Below are positions 44,598 through 57,679 of a DNA stretch of 64,000 nt, one piece after another. The stretch is taken from NCBI RefSeq assembly GCF_054482595.1, contig NZ_CM137008.1; one strand, given 5' to 3'. The position numbers and the translations under genes were made by a program. Each line of letters starts with the position of its first letter. Position 1 is the stretch's first letter. Under the pieces are notes generated by a model, which searched no databases, had not been told where the DNA came from, and saw only the letters and a program-made list of their open reading frames with translations.

Positions 44598-47261
44598 TTA
44601 CGCCAGACGCGGGTTAACTTTATCTGCATCGATGTTGAATTTGGCGATTGCGTCAGCAACCACTTTCTTATCGATTTCGCCACGTTTAGCCAGTTCGCCC
44701 AGCGCCGCAACCACGACATAAGAAGCATCAACTTCGAAGTGGTGACGCAGGTTCTCACGGCTGTCGGAACGACCGAAGCCATCAGTACCCAGTACGCGGT
44801 AGTCGTCAGCCGGTACGTAAGTACGGACCTGCTCAGCGAACAGTTTCATATAGTCGGTAGATGCCACTGCCGGAGCGTCGTTCATCACCTGCGCGATATA
44901 CGGAACGCGCGGAGTTTCCAGTGGGTGCAGCATGTTCCAGCGTTCACAATCCTGACCATCACGCGCCAGCTCGGTGAAGGAGGTCACGCTATAAACGTCA
45001 GAACCTACGCCGTAATCTTTCGCCAGGATCTCTGCCGCTTCACGGACGTGACGCAGGATAGAACCGGAGCCCAGCAGCTGAACTTTACCTTTGCTACCTT
45101 CAATGGTTTCGAGTTTGTAGATACCTTTACGGATACCTTCCTCAGCACCTTCCGGCATTGCCGGCATGTGGTAGTTTTCGTTCAGCGTGGTGATGTAGTA
45201 GTAAACGTTCTCTTGTTTTTCACCGTACATACGCTCCAGACCGTCATGCATAATGACAGCAACTTCGTAAGCGTAAGCCGGGTCGTAAGAGATACAGTTC
45301 GGAATAGTCAGCGACTGAATATGGCTGTGACCATCTTCGTGCTGCAGACCTTCACCGTTCAGGGTGGTACGACCGGAAGTACCGCCGATCAGGAAGCCAC
45401 GCGCTTGCTGGTCGCCAGCCGCCCAGCACAGATCGCCGATACGCTGGAAGCCGAACATCGAGTAATAGATGTAGAACGGAATCATCGGCAGATTGTTGGT
45501 GCTGTAAGAGGTCGCCGCTGCCAGCCAGGAACAACCTGCGCCCAGCTCGTTGATCCCTTCCTGCAGAATCTGACCTTTCTCGTCTTCTTTATAGTAAGCA
45601 ACCTGCTCGCGGTCCTGCGGGGTGTACTGCTGACCGTTCGGGCTGTAAATACCAATCTGACGGAACAGACCTTCCATACCGAAAGTACGCGCTTCGTCGG
45701 CGATGATCGGTACCAGACGATCTTTGATCGACTTGTTCTTCAGCATCACGTTCAGGGCACGAACGAAAGCGATAGTGGTAGAGATCTCTTTGCTTTGCTC
45801 TTCCAGCAGCGCGCCGAAGTCTTGCAGGCTCGGCAGCTCAAGCTTCTCGGTGAAGTTCGGCTGACGGCTTGGCAGATAACCGTGCAGTTTCTGACGCTGT
45901 GCGTGCAGATAGGTATGCTCTTCAGAACCTTCCGGGAAGGTGATGTACGGCAGTTTTTCGATATCTGCATCAGACACCGGCACATTGAAACGGTCGCGGA
46001 TGTGACGCACGCCGTCCATGTTCATTTTCTTAACCTGGTGCGCGATGTTTTTACCTTCAGCCGCGTCGCCCATGCCGTAACCTTTAATGGTATGAGCAAG
46101 GATTACTGTCGCTTTGCCTTTGGTTTCCTGCGCTTTCTTGAATGCAGCGTAGATTTTCTTCGGATCGTGACCACCACGGTTCAGTGCCCAGATCTGCTCG
46201 TCAGTCCAGTCTGCAACCAGTGCTGCGGTTTCAGGATATTTACCGAAGAAGTGTTCACGAACGTACGCACCATCTTTCGATTTGAAGGTCTGGTAGTCGC
46301 CGTCAACGGTTTCGTTCATCAGCTGGATCAGTTTACCGCTGGTATCTTTACGCAGCAGTTCATCCCAACGGCTACCCCACATCACTTTGATCACGTTCCA
46401 GCCAGCACCTTCGAAGATGCCTTCCAGTTCGTTGATGATCTTGCCGTTACCGGTGACCGGGCCGTCAAGACGCTGCAGGTTACAGTTGATAACGAAGACC
46501 AGGTTATCCAGTTTTTCACGGGTAGCGATGGTGATCGCACCTTTGGATTCCGGTTCGTCCATTTCACCGTCGCCGAGGAACGCGTAAACGGTTTGTTTAG
46601 AGGTATCTTTCAGGCCACGGTGTTCCAGATATTTCAGGAATTTAGCCTGGTAAATAGCACCAATCGGACCCAGACCCATAGATACGGTCGGGAACTGCCA
46701 GAATTCCGGCATCAGTTTCGGGTGCGGATAGGAAGAGAGGCCATTGCCGTGAACTTCCTGACGGAAGTTATCCAGCTGCTCCTGAGTCAGACGACCTTCC
46801 AGGAAAGCACGTGCGTATACGCCCGGGGAGATGTGGCCCTGGAAGTAAACCAGGTCGCCGCCATCCTGCTCGTTGCGTGCACGGAAGAAGTGGTTAAAGC
46901 ACACATCATAAATGGTCGCGGAAGACTGGAAGGACGCCATGTGGCCGCCCAGTTCGAGGTCTTTTTTCGACGCACGCAGAACCGTCATGATGGCGTTCCA
47001 GCGGATAGCTGAACGAATACGGCGTTCCAGTTCCAGATTACCCGGATACTCCGGTTGTTCTTCAACGGGGATGGTGTTGATGTAGTTGCTGATACCGGTG
47101 CCTGCGGCTACGTTGACACCGCCTTTGCGGGCTTCAGCAAGCAGTTGGTCGATCAGATACTGAGCACGCTCAACACCTTCTTCACGGATGACCGATTCGA
47201 TCGCCTGGAGCCAGTCGCGAGTTTCGATCGGATCCACGTCATTTGGGAAACGTTCTGACAT
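44598..47261 (-). CDS. aceE: Pyruvate dehydrogenase E1 component
   Basis: 887-aa ORF recognised as AceE. Confidence 0.95.
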
Positions 47262-47421
47262 GGGTTATTCCTTATCTATCTAATAACGTTGAGTTTTCTG
47301 GAACCTGTCCCATTGAACTCTCGCCGGAAAGCTCAATAAGACAGGTTCTACGTTTAGTTGCCGCGCTTTTATATGCGCTTGATTTACAACATCTTCTGGA
47401 TAATTTTTACCAGAAAAATCA

Positions 47422-48186
47422 CTAATTCTTTCGTTGCTCCAGACGACGCAGAGAACGCTCACGGCGGCTTTCTTCACGGCTTCTGTCGAGCAAAATTTCT
47501 TCGATAAAGGCCAGATGGCGATGCGATGCTTCGCGCGCTTCTTCCGGCTTACCGGCCATAATCGCTTCAAATATGCGGGTGCGGTGACTACTCACCAGCG
47601 GCAGCATCTCGCGACGCGAATAGAGCAATTCGAAGTTCTGGCGGACATTCTGGGCCAACATCGGCTCCATACACCTTAGCAGATGAAGCAGAACCACATT
47701 GTGGGCCGCTTCGGTGACGGCAATCTGATACTGGAGTACGGCGTTTGATTCCGCGTCCAGATCGCCAGACTGCTGCGCCAGTTCTATGGCGTGGTGGAGT
47801 TCACGGATGCGTTCCTTGTCTTCATCGGTACTACGCAGCGCGGCGTAATAAGCGGCGATACCTTCCAGGGCGTGTCGTGTTTCGAGCAAGTCATACTGTG
47901 ATTCAGGATGGTCGGAGAGCAGCTCCACCAGCGGATCGCTGAAGCTTTGCCATAGGCTGCTCTGGACAAAAGTGCCGCCACCCTGGCGACGAAGCAACAA
48001 GCCCTTCGCTTCGAGACGTTGAATCGCCTCACGCAATGAGGGACGGGAGACGTCAAACTGTTTTGCCAGTTCGCGTTCCGGTGGGAGTTTTTCGCCCGGG
48101 CGGAGAGTGCCTTCGAGGATCAAAAACTCCAGTTGCTGCTCAATCACATCGGAGAGTTTTGGTTGGCGGATTTTGCTGTAGGCCAT
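47422..48186 (-). CDS. pdhR: GntR-family pyruvate-responsive repressor
   Basis: ORF-track 265 aa trimmed to [17 protein letters not shown] (254 aa); N-terminal winged HTH. Confidence 0.92.
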
Positions 48187-48217
48187 GAGTTCCTGTCTTA
48201 AGCCACTTGCCGAAGTC

Positions 48218-48234
48218 AATTGGTCTTACCAATT
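48218..48234. promoter_or_regulatory. PdhR operator (autoregulatory site)
   Basis: Perfect palindrome AATTGGT-ctt-ACCAATT about 32-48 bp upstream of the pdhR start, matching the PdhR box consensus. Confidence 0.6.
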
Positions 48235-48726
48235 TCATGTCTGTGACGCTAAAGTAACAAAGTATTCACCTTATGTCCATACAGGTTTTGATTGAAATCA
48301 TGAAACTGTGCACATTTTAACAACTTGACATATATAACGTTTCAAAGTTGTAACTATGCACAAATGTAGACTTTACGTAGGAAAGGGATTTTTTAACGAT
48401 TATTAAACTATAAAAATCCGAATTGAACCGATTCACTTACCAATTTTGTGATTTTTAATTCAATTAAAACGAATTTAAATTCATTCTGCATATTGAGAGG
48501 GGTTGAGGCTGAGCTTTACAAACGGTTTCTTTTTAAGCAACTCATCTTCAACCATGCATAAAGCGGGTGCATTCGCTGCCGCATACCATTATTCTTGATC
48601 TGACGGAAGTCTTTTTGTAACAATTCAAACTTCTTTGATGTAAACAAATTAATACAACAAACGGAATTGCAAACTTACACACGCATCACTGCGTAGATCA
48701 AAAAAACAATCACCGCACGAGGTTTC

Positions 48727-50100
48727 ATGATGGAAGGTCAACAGCACGGCGAGCAGCTAAAGCGCGGCCTTAAAAACCGCCATATTCAGCTTATCGCGCT
48801 GGGTGGCGCGATAGGGACAGGACTATTCCTGGGTAGCGCCTCCGTAATACAGTCCGCAGGGCCAGGAATTATCCTGGGATACGCCATTGCTGGTTTTATC
48901 GCCTTTCTGATCATGCGTCAGCTGGGTGAAATGGTGGTCGAAGAACCTGTCGCAGGCTCCTTTAGCCACTTTGCTTATAAATACTGGGGCAGTTTTGCCG
49001 GTTTCGCCTCTGGCTGGAACTACTGGGTACTGTACGTTTTAGTTGCCATGGCAGAGCTGACTGCTGTGGGTAAATACATTCAGTTCTGGTATCCGGAAAT
49101 CCCAACCTGGGTTTCTGCCGCCGTGTTCTTTGTGGTGATTAACGCCATCAACCTGACCAACGTAAAAGTGTTTGGTGAGATGGAGTTCTGGTTTGCCATT
49201 ATCAAAGTTATTGCGGTAGTAGCGATGATCATCTTCGGCGGCTGGCTGCTGTTCAGTGGTAACGGCGGTCCGCAGGCAAGCGTTAGCAACCTGTGGGATC
49301 AGGGCGGTTTCCTGCCGCACGGCTTCACCGGGCTGGTGATGATGATGGCGATTATCATGTTCTCGTTCGGTGGTCTGGAACTGGTGGGGATCACCGCAGC
49401 AGAAGCTGATAACCCGGAGCAAAGTATCCCGAAAGCGACTAACCAGGTTATCTACCGCATCCTGATTTTCTATATTGGTTCGTTAGCCGTTCTGCTCTCA
49501 CTGATGCCGTGGACCCGCGTTACCGCCGATACCAGTCCGTTTGTGCTGATCTTCCACGAGTTAGGCGATACCTTTGTGGCGAATGCGCTGAACATCGTGG
49601 TACTGACTGCGGCGCTCTCCGTGTACAACAGCTGCGTATATTGCAACAGCCGTATGCTGTTTGGTCTGGCACAACAGGGTAATGCGCCAAAAGCGCTGGC
49701 GTCTGTCGATAAACGCGGCGTACCGGTTAACACCATTCTGGTGTCTGCGCTGGTTACAGCATTGTGCGTATTGATTAACTATCTTGCTCCGGAATCCGCA
49801 TTTGGCCTGTTAATGGCACTGGTGGTATCCGCACTGGTGATCAACTGGGCGATGATCAGTCTGGCGCATATGAAGTTCCGTCGCGCCAAGCAGGAACAAG
49901 GCGTGGTAACTCGCTTCCCTGCTCTGCTTTATCCGCTGGGTAACTGGATCTGCCTGCTGTTTATGGCGGCGGTACTGGTGATTATGCTGATGACCCCAGG
50001 AATGGCGATTTCGGTATACCTGATCCCGGTATGGCTGATCGTGTTAGGTATCGGCTATCTGTTTAAAGAGAAAACCGCCAAAGCCGTAAAAGCGCATTAA
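48727..50100 (+). CDS. aroP: Aromatic amino acid:H+ symporter (APC family)
   Basis: 457-aa ORF MMEGQQHGEQLKRGLKNRHIQLIALGGAIGTGLF, 12 predicted TM helices. Confidence 0.93.
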   Translation: MMEGQQHGEQLKRGLKNRHIQLIALGGAIGTGLFLGSASVIQSAGPGIILGYAIAGFIAFLIMRQLGEMVVEEPVAGSFSHFAYKYWGSFAGFASGWNYWVLYVLVAMAELTAVGKYIQFWYPEIPTWVSAAVFFVVINAINLTNVKVFGEMEFWFAIIKVIAVVAMIIFGGWLLFSGNGGPQASVSNLWDQGGFLPHGFTGLVMMMAIIMFSFGGLELVGITAAEADNPEQSIPKATNQVIYRILIFYIGSLAVLLSLMPWTRVTADTSPFVLIFHELGDTFVANALNIVVLTAALSVYNSCVYCNSRMLFGLAQQGNAPKALASVDKRGVPVNTILVSALVTALCVLINYLAPESAFGLLMALVVSALVINWAMISLAHMKFRRAKQEQGVVTRFPALLYPLGNWICLLFMAAVLVIMLMTPGMAISVYLIPVWLIVLGIGYLFKEKTAKAVKAH

Positions 50101-50110
50101 TCTCTCTACG

Positions 50111-50133
50111 CCCTCACCCGTACAGGGTGAGGG
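50111..50133. terminator. Hairpin between convergent aroP and ampE
   Basis: ccctcaccc-gtaca-gggtgaggg perfect 9-bp stem; no strong T-run on either side. Confidence 0.5.
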
Positions 50134-50142
50134 CAATAATCT

Positions 50143-50997
50143 TTACACCAACGCCCCGTAAATCGTCAGTAGCGCAATCACCACCACGACCACGAACGAG
50201 GTTTTCTTCGCCATTGAAACCGCTGCCTTCGGCGTCTCCACCTTATCGACATGCGGTTCACGCGCCAGAGAGAACTGCGCCAGACGCGTTAATACCTGAT
50301 ATTGCGAAGTATGGAAATCACCCAGCGAAGCAAACCAGGCCGGTAACGCTTTCTCACCATGACCGATCAAGGCATATACCACACCCGCAAGACGAACCGG
50401 CACCCAATCCAGTACATGAAGCACGGCATCAATGCCGGACTGTAAACGATGATGCGGCGTCTGGTATCGCGCCAGCCAGTATTGCCATGCACGCAAGAAC
50501 GCATACCCCATCAGCGTAACGGGTCCCCAGGTTCCCCCCACAATCAGCCAGAACAGCGGTGCAAGATAAAAACGAAAGTTAATCCACAGCAATGCATTTT
50601 GCAGCTCACGCAAATACTCACGTTCGTCGCAGCCTGCCGGGACGCCGTGAATCATGGTGAGTTCGCCAGCCATCGTGGCACGGGCATGGCTATCATTACG
50701 TGAAGCAGCTGTCAGATAAGCATGATAATGAAGACGAACTTTACCTGCGCCAATACACAGCAAACCAATCAGCAGCCACACCAGCAGCGTGGGAACGTTG
50801 AACAATACTCCCTGCAATGCGCGTAACAGTAAAAAAGTCACGCCCATCGCAATAATGGTCATGCCTAACGTGCGCCCGAGAGAAAAATGTTTCACCCGCC
50901 GAAAGAACGCTTCAAGACGATGATCAAGCTGCCAGTGCTCGCCCAACTTAAACAGGCGCTCGAAAATTAACACCAGTAAGGTTGTAAATAGCGTCAT
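50143..50997 (-). CDS. ampE: Inner-membrane protein AmpE
   Basis: ORF-track 297 aa trimmed to [15 protein letters not shown] (284 aa); ATGA overlap with ampD stop. Confidence 0.88.
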
Positions 50998-51545
50998 GTT
51001 GTCTCCTTGCTGACCAGCGCACGAAACCGTGCCCAATCAAATGCAGGACCGGGATCGGTTTTCCGATCCGGCGCAATATCACAATGGCCCGTCATGTTTT
51101 TAGCGATATCCGGATAGCAATCAATCAGTGCCCGCGTAACCGCCGCAAGCTGTTGATACTGCGCATCGGTATACGCCAGCGTATCGGTGCCTTCAAGCTC
51201 AATCCCAATAGAAAAATCATTGCAGCGTTCGCGCCCCTGATACTGAGAGACTCCCGCATGCCAGGCACGTTTATCGAAAGGAACATACTGGACTATTTCA
51301 CCATCACGGCGAATCAAACAGTGAGCGGAGACGCGCAAATGGGCGATCTCAGCAAAGAAAGGATGTGCCTGCGGATCAATAGTTCCAGTGAATAATGCGT
51401 CGATCCACGGACCGCCAAACTCGCCTGGCGGCAGGCTAATATTGTGCACCACCAGCAGGGTGGGTGTTTCGTCATCCGGGCGGCAATCGTAATGTGGTGA
51501 GGGAACGCGGCGCGCGCCAACCAGCCACCCCTGTTCTAACAACAT
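50994..51545 (-). CDS. ampD: 1,6-anhydro-N-acetylmuramyl-L-alanine amidase
   Basis: 183-aa ORF recognised as AmpD. Confidence 0.92.
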
Positions 51546-51572
51546 GCAGGATCTCCTTATATGTGGTGCTAA

Positions 51573-52526
<954 letters not shown>

Positions 52527-52728
52527 TTGCTGACAGATTTATCCGCTCCATAGTGGGCGGATAATCTCCCCTTCCCCAACCTTCTTCGTAACGCCTCGCA
52601 AATTTCTTGTCTTTCGCTGCAACGAAATAAAAAACCTCGGAAGCAGCTTTCCCGTTTCGTTTTTTGCCCCTCGCCTGTGCTGATGGCGTTTGCCAAAGTA
52701 GCACCAACCAAATCAAGGAGCGAAACAG

Positions 52729-53169
52729 ATGGACAAGCAACGCGGTTTTACACTTATCGAACTGATGGTGGTTATTGGCATCATTGCCATTTTAAGCGCC
52801 ATTGGTATTCCCGCTTATCAAAACTACCTGCGCAAAGCCGCACTCACCGACATGCTACAAACCTTTGTGCCTTACCGTACCGCCGTAGAGTTGTGCGCGC
52901 TGGAACATGGTGGATTAGATACCTGCGACGGTGGCAGCAATGGCATTCCCTCGCCTACCACCACCCGCTATGTTTCAGCCATGAGTGTGGCAAAAGGCGT
53001 GGTGTCGCTGACCGGGCAAGAAAGTCTCAATGGGCTAAGCGTCGTCATGACGCCGGGTTGGGATAACGCAAACGGCGTCACCGGCTGGACGCGCAACTGC
53101 AATATTCAAAATGACAGCGCATTGCAGCAAGCCTGCGAAGATGTCTTCCGCTTTGATGACGCCAACTAA
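52729..53169 (+). CDS. ppdD: Type IV prepilin (major pilin)
   Basis: MDKQRGFTLIELMVVIGIIAIL: class III signal peptide with G-F cleavage site and E+5. Confidence 0.88.
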   Translation: MDKQRGFTLIELMVVIGIIAILSAIGIPAYQNYLRKAALTDMLQTFVPYRTAVELCALEHGGLDTCDGGSNGIPSPTTTRYVSAMSVAKGVVSLTGQESLNGLSVVMTPGWDNANGVTGWTRNCNIQNDSALQQACEDVFRFDDAN

Positions 53170-53178
53170 GGAGCGGCA

Positions 53179-54564
53179 ATGAATATTCCACAGCTCACGG
53201 CCCTGTGTCTGCGTTATCAGGGAGTCTTGCTGGATGCCAGCGAAGAAGTGGTTCATGTTGCGGTGGTCGATGCCCCCTCACATGAGTTGCTGGACGCATT
53301 GCATTTCGCTACCACCAAACGTATTGAGATCACCTGCTGGACGCGCCAACAAATGGAAGGTCACGCCAGTCGCACACAACAGACATTGCCCGTAGCTGTT
53401 CAGGAGAAGCATCAGCCCAAAGCAGAGTTGCTGACTCGAACGTTACAATCTGCGCTGGAACAACGCGCGTCTGATATTCATATCGAACCAGCGGACAATG
53501 CCTACCGCATCCGCTTGCGTATCGACGGCGTATTGCATCCTTTACCGGATGTTTCACCGGATGCCGGAGTCGCATTAACCGCCAGATTAAAAGTGCTGGG
53601 AAACCTGGATATTGCGGAACATCGCCTGCCGCAGGACGGGCAATTCACTGTCGAACTGGCAGGAAAAGCCGTCTCATTTCGTATTGCGACCTTACCATGT
53701 CGGGGTGGTGAAAAGGTGGTATTAAGGTTGTTACAGCAGGTGAGCCAGGCACTGGATGTTAACACGCTGGGAATGCAGCCGTTACAACTGGCGGACTTTG
53801 CTCATGCCTTGCAACAACCGCAGGGACTGGTGCTGGTAACTGGCCCTACAGGCAGCGGCAAAACGGTCACGCTTTATAGTGCCCTGCAAAAGCTGAATAC
53901 CGCTGACATTAATATTTGTAGCGTCGAAGATCCGGTTGAGATCCCCATAGCCGGACTAAACCAGACGCAAATTCATCCGCGTGCCGGACTCACCTTTCAG
54001 GGCGTTTTGCGTGCGTTATTGCGCCAGGATCCTGACGTCATTATGATCGGAGAGATCCGCGATGGCGAAACGGCAGAAATTGCCATTAAAGCCGCGCAAA
54101 CCGGTCACCTGGTGTTGTCCACGCTACACACCAATTCCACCACTGAAACGCTGGTACGTTTACAGCAAATGGGGGTCGCCCGCTGGATGCTATCATCGGC
54201 GCTTACGCTGGTAATAGCCCAGCGTCTGGTACGCAAACTTTGCCCACATTGTCGCCGCCAGCAAGGGGAGCCCATCCATATTCCAGTCAATGTATGGCCG
54301 TCGCCGCTGCCCCACTGGCAGGCACCCGGTTGTGTACATTGCTACCACGGTTTTTATGGTCGTACGGCCTTATTTGAAGTTCTGCCCATAACGCCGGTCA
54401 TTCGTCAGCTTATTTCCGCTAATACCGACGTTGAATCGCTGGAAACGCACGCACGACAGGCGGGTATGTGTACGCTTTTTGAAAACGGCTGCCTGGCCGT
54501 GGAGCAAGGCTTAACCACCTTTGAAGAGTTAATCCGCGTACTGGGGATGCCGCATGGCGAGTAA
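53179..54564 (+). CDS. hofB: Type IV pilus assembly ATPase (GspE/PilB family)
   Basis: 461 aa; Walker A GPTGSGKT; tetracysteine motif (CPHC...CVHC). Confidence 0.88.
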   Translation: MNIPQLTALCLRYQGVLLDASEEVVHVAVVDAPSHELLDALHFATTKRIEITCWTRQQMEGHASRTQQTLPVAVQEKHQPKAELLTRTLQSALEQRASDIHIEPADNAYRIRLRIDGVLHPLPDVSPDAGVALTARLKVLGNLDIAEHRLPQDGQFTVELAGKAVSFRIATLPCRGGEKVVLRLLQQVSQALDVNTLGMQPLQLADFAHALQQPQGLVLVTGPTGSGKTVTLYSALQKLNTADINICSVEDPVEIPIAGLNQTQIHPRAGLTFQGVLRALLRQDPDVIMIGEIRDGETAEIAIKAAQTGHLVLSTLHTNSTTETLVRLQQMGVARWMLSSALTLVIAQRLVRKLCPHCRRQQGEPIHIPVNVWPSPLPHWQAPGCVHCYHGFYGRTALFEVLPITPVIRQLISANTDVESLETHARQAGMCTLFENGCLAVEQGLTTFEELIRVLGMPHGE

Positions 54565-55756
54565 GCAACTCTGGCGCTGGCATGGCATAACCGGCGACGG
54601 CAATGCGCAAGATGGGATGCTATGGGCAGAGAGCCGTGCTTTGCTGCTCATGGCACTACAGCAACAGATGGTTACCCCACTTAGCCTGAAGCGAATCGCC
54701 ATCAATTCTGCGCAGTGGCGAGGAGATAAAAGCGCGGAAGTCATTCATCAACTGGCGACGCTACTCAAAGCCGGGTTAACGCTTTCTGAAGGGCTGGCAC
54801 TGCTGGCGGAACAGCATCCCAGTAAGCAATGGCAAGCGTTGCTGCAATCGCTGGCGCACGATCTCGAACAGGGCATTGCTTTTTCCAATGCCTTATTACC
54901 CTGGTCAGAGGTATTTCCGCCACTCTATCAGGCGATGATCCGCACGGGTGAACTGACCGGTAAGCTGGATGAATGCTGCTTTGAACTGGCGCGTCAGCAA
55001 AAAGCCCAGCGTCAGTTGACCGACAAAGTGAAATCAGCGTTACGTTATCCCATCATCATTTTAGCGATGGCAATCATGGTGGTTGTGGCAATGCTGCATT
55101 TTGTTCTGCCGGAGTTTGCCGCTATCTATAAGACCTTCAACACCCCACTACCGGCACTAACGCAGGGGATCATGACGCTGGCAGACTTTAGTGGCGAATG
55201 GAGCTGGCTGCTGGTGTTGTTCGGCTTTCTGCTGGCGATAGCCAATAAGTTGCTGATGCGCCGACCGACCTGGCTTATAGTGCGGCAGAAATTGCTGTTA
55301 CGCATCCCGATTATGGGTTCACTGATGCGGGGACAAAAACTCACGCAGATTTTTACGATTCTGGCGCTGACACAAAGTGCAGGCATTACTTTTTTGCAGG
55401 GCGTAGAGAGCGTCAGAGAAACAATGCGCTGCCCGTACTGGGTGCAACTTCTGACACAAATCCAGCACGATATCAGTAACGGTCATCCCATCTGGCTGGC
55501 GCTAAAAAATACCGGGGAGTTTAGCCCGCTCTGTTTGCAATTAGTGAGAACAGGAGAGGCATCCGGCTCGCTGGACCTCATGTTAGACAACCTCGCCCAT
55601 CATCATCGGGATAACACAATGGCGCTGGCGGATAACCTCGCAGCCTTACTGGAACCGGCGTTGCTGATCATAACGGGAGGAATTATCGGTACGCTGGTGG
55701 TGGCGATGTATCTGCCAATTTTCCATTTAGGCGATGCGATGAGTGGGATGGGATAA
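54554..55756 (+). CDS. hofC: Type IV pilus assembly inner-membrane platform protein (GspF/PilC family)
   Basis: 400 aa; 11-nt overlap with hofB; GspF-like duplicated domains. Confidence 0.88.
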   Translation: MASKQLWRWHGITGDGNAQDGMLWAESRALLLMALQQQMVTPLSLKRIAINSAQWRGDKSAEVIHQLATLLKAGLTLSEGLALLAEQHPSKQWQALLQSLAHDLEQGIAFSNALLPWSEVFPPLYQAMIRTGELTGKLDECCFELARQQKAQRQLTDKVKSALRYPIIILAMAIMVVVAMLHFVLPEFAAIYKTFNTPLPALTQGIMTLADFSGEWSWLLVLFGFLLAIANKLLMRRPTWLIVRQKLLLRIPIMGSLMRGQKLTQIFTILALTQSAGITFLQGVESVRETMRCPYWVQLLTQIQHDISNGHPIWLALKNTGEFSPLCLQLVRTGEASGSLDLMLDNLAHHHRDNTMALADNLAALLEPALLIITGGIIGTLVVAMYLPIFHLGDAMSGMG

Positions 55757-55790
55757 CGCTGGCGTGTTGCTCCACACCAGCGTTGGAAGA

Positions 55791-56834
55791 TTACAGGTTG
55801 TTGAAGATGCGGTTTTCTTGTTCCTGCACACGGATAAATGTGGTGCGCTTGGTCAGTTCTTTCAGGCGTGAAGCCCCAACGTATGTACAAGCTGAACGCA
55901 GGCCGCCCAAAATATCACGCGCGGTATTTTCAACCGGGCCTCGCAGCGGCAGCTTAACGGTTTTACCTTCTGCTGCGCGATATTCCGCAACGCCGCCAAC
56001 GTGACGTTTCATCGCAGACTCGGAGCTCATGCCGTAGAACAGCATAAATTTCTCGCCGTTCTCCTCAACGATGCGACCGCCGCTCTCTTCGTGGCCCGCC
56101 AGCATGCCGCCAAGCATGACGAAATCGGCACCGCCGCCAAAGGCTTTTGCGACATCGCCCGGCGTGGTGCAGCCACCGTCGCTGACGATCATTCCGCCCA
56201 GACCGTGCGCCGCATCGGCACATTCGATTACCGCAGAAAGCTGCGGATAACCGACGCCTGTTTTGACGCGAGTTGTACAAACAGAACCTGGGCCAATGCC
56301 AACTTTAACGATATCAGCACCGGAGAGGATAAGCTCCTCACACATTTCACCAGTCACTACGTTGCCAGCACAAATGGTTTTGGTCGGCCACGCTTCACGC
56401 GCTTTCGCAACGAACTGCACGAAGTGTTCGGAATAACCATTCGCCACATCAATACAAACGAAGTTTAATGCCGGGTTCAGGTCGAGAATCTGTTTAGTTT
56501 TTTCGAAATCCGCATCAGACGTACCGGTAGAAACCATCACATGTTTCAGCACATCAGCGGAAGAATTGTTGATAAACGCTTGCCACTCTTCGACAGAATA
56601 GTGTTTATGCACAGCAGTCAAAATATCAAAAGAAGCCAGCGCAGAGGCCATAGAAAATGTACCTACGGTGTCCATATTTGCGGCGATAATCGGCACGCCG
56701 GACCAGCTCTGACCTGAATGTTTGAAGGTGAATTGACGTTCCAGTTCAACATCGGAACGGCTTTTAAGAGTGGAGCGTTTAGGGCGGATGAGAACGTCTT
56801 TAAAACCTAACTTCAGATCTTCTTCAATACGCAT
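55791..56834 (-). CDS. guaC: GMP reductase
   Basis: 347-aa [32 protein letters not shown] recognised as GuaC. Confidence 0.95.
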
Positions 56835-57058
56835 GTGCGGATTCCTGGGGTTAATGGCTATAAGGGTAAGAGCGCAACTCCAGTGACGCTATCATACGCA
56901 CTAATCAATGCGGCGCAAGACTGCGAAATTGTCTTTTTTTACGCTACAATCCCATAAATTTACCTGGTAAATAGTGAGCGAACGTTTCATCAATTTCGCT
57001 TTCGTGCACTCATTTTTAACGTTTTGATAATCATGATGAATTCCCGGGAATATAAATT

Positions 57059-57679
57059 ATGAGGTATATAGTTGCCTTAACGGGAGGCATTGGCAGTGGC
57101 AAGAGTACCGTTGCCAATGCGTTTGCTGATCTCGGAATTAACGTCATTGATGCCGATATTATTGCGCGTCAGGTGGTTGAACCAGGTGCACCTGCGCTAC
57201 ATGCCATTGCTGATCACTTTGGCGCTAACATGATTGCTGCTGATGGAACATTGCAGCGCCGGGCCTTGCGCGAGCGGATCTTCGCCAACCCGGAAGAGAA
57301 AAACTGGCTTAACGCCCTGCTGCATCCGCTGATTCAGCAAGAGACGCAACACCAGATCCAGCAAGCTACTTCCCCCTATGTACTGTGGGTTGTGCCATTG
57401 CTGGTAGAAAACTCACTGTATAAAAAAGCGAATCGAGTGCTGGTGGTGGATGTCAGCCCAGAAACGCAACTTAAGCGCACCATGCAGCGCGATGATGTAA
57501 CTCGCGAGCATGTCGAACAAATCCTTGCTGCTCAGGCAACGCGCGAAGCCCGCCTTGCCGTGGCAGATGACGTCATTGATAATAACGGCGCACCGGATGC
57601 TATCGCATCGGATGTTGCCCGCCTGCACGCACACTATTTGCAGCTTGCGTCGCAGTTTGTCTCACAGGAAAAACCGTAA
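57059..57679 (+). CDS. coaE: Dephospho-CoA kinase
   Basis: 206 aa; P-loop GGIGSGKST. Confidence 0.92.

Noticed and set aside
44739-47012. 757-aa ORF on the plus strand
   Set aside because: Antisense to aceE, which is confidently identified; no domain-like sequence.
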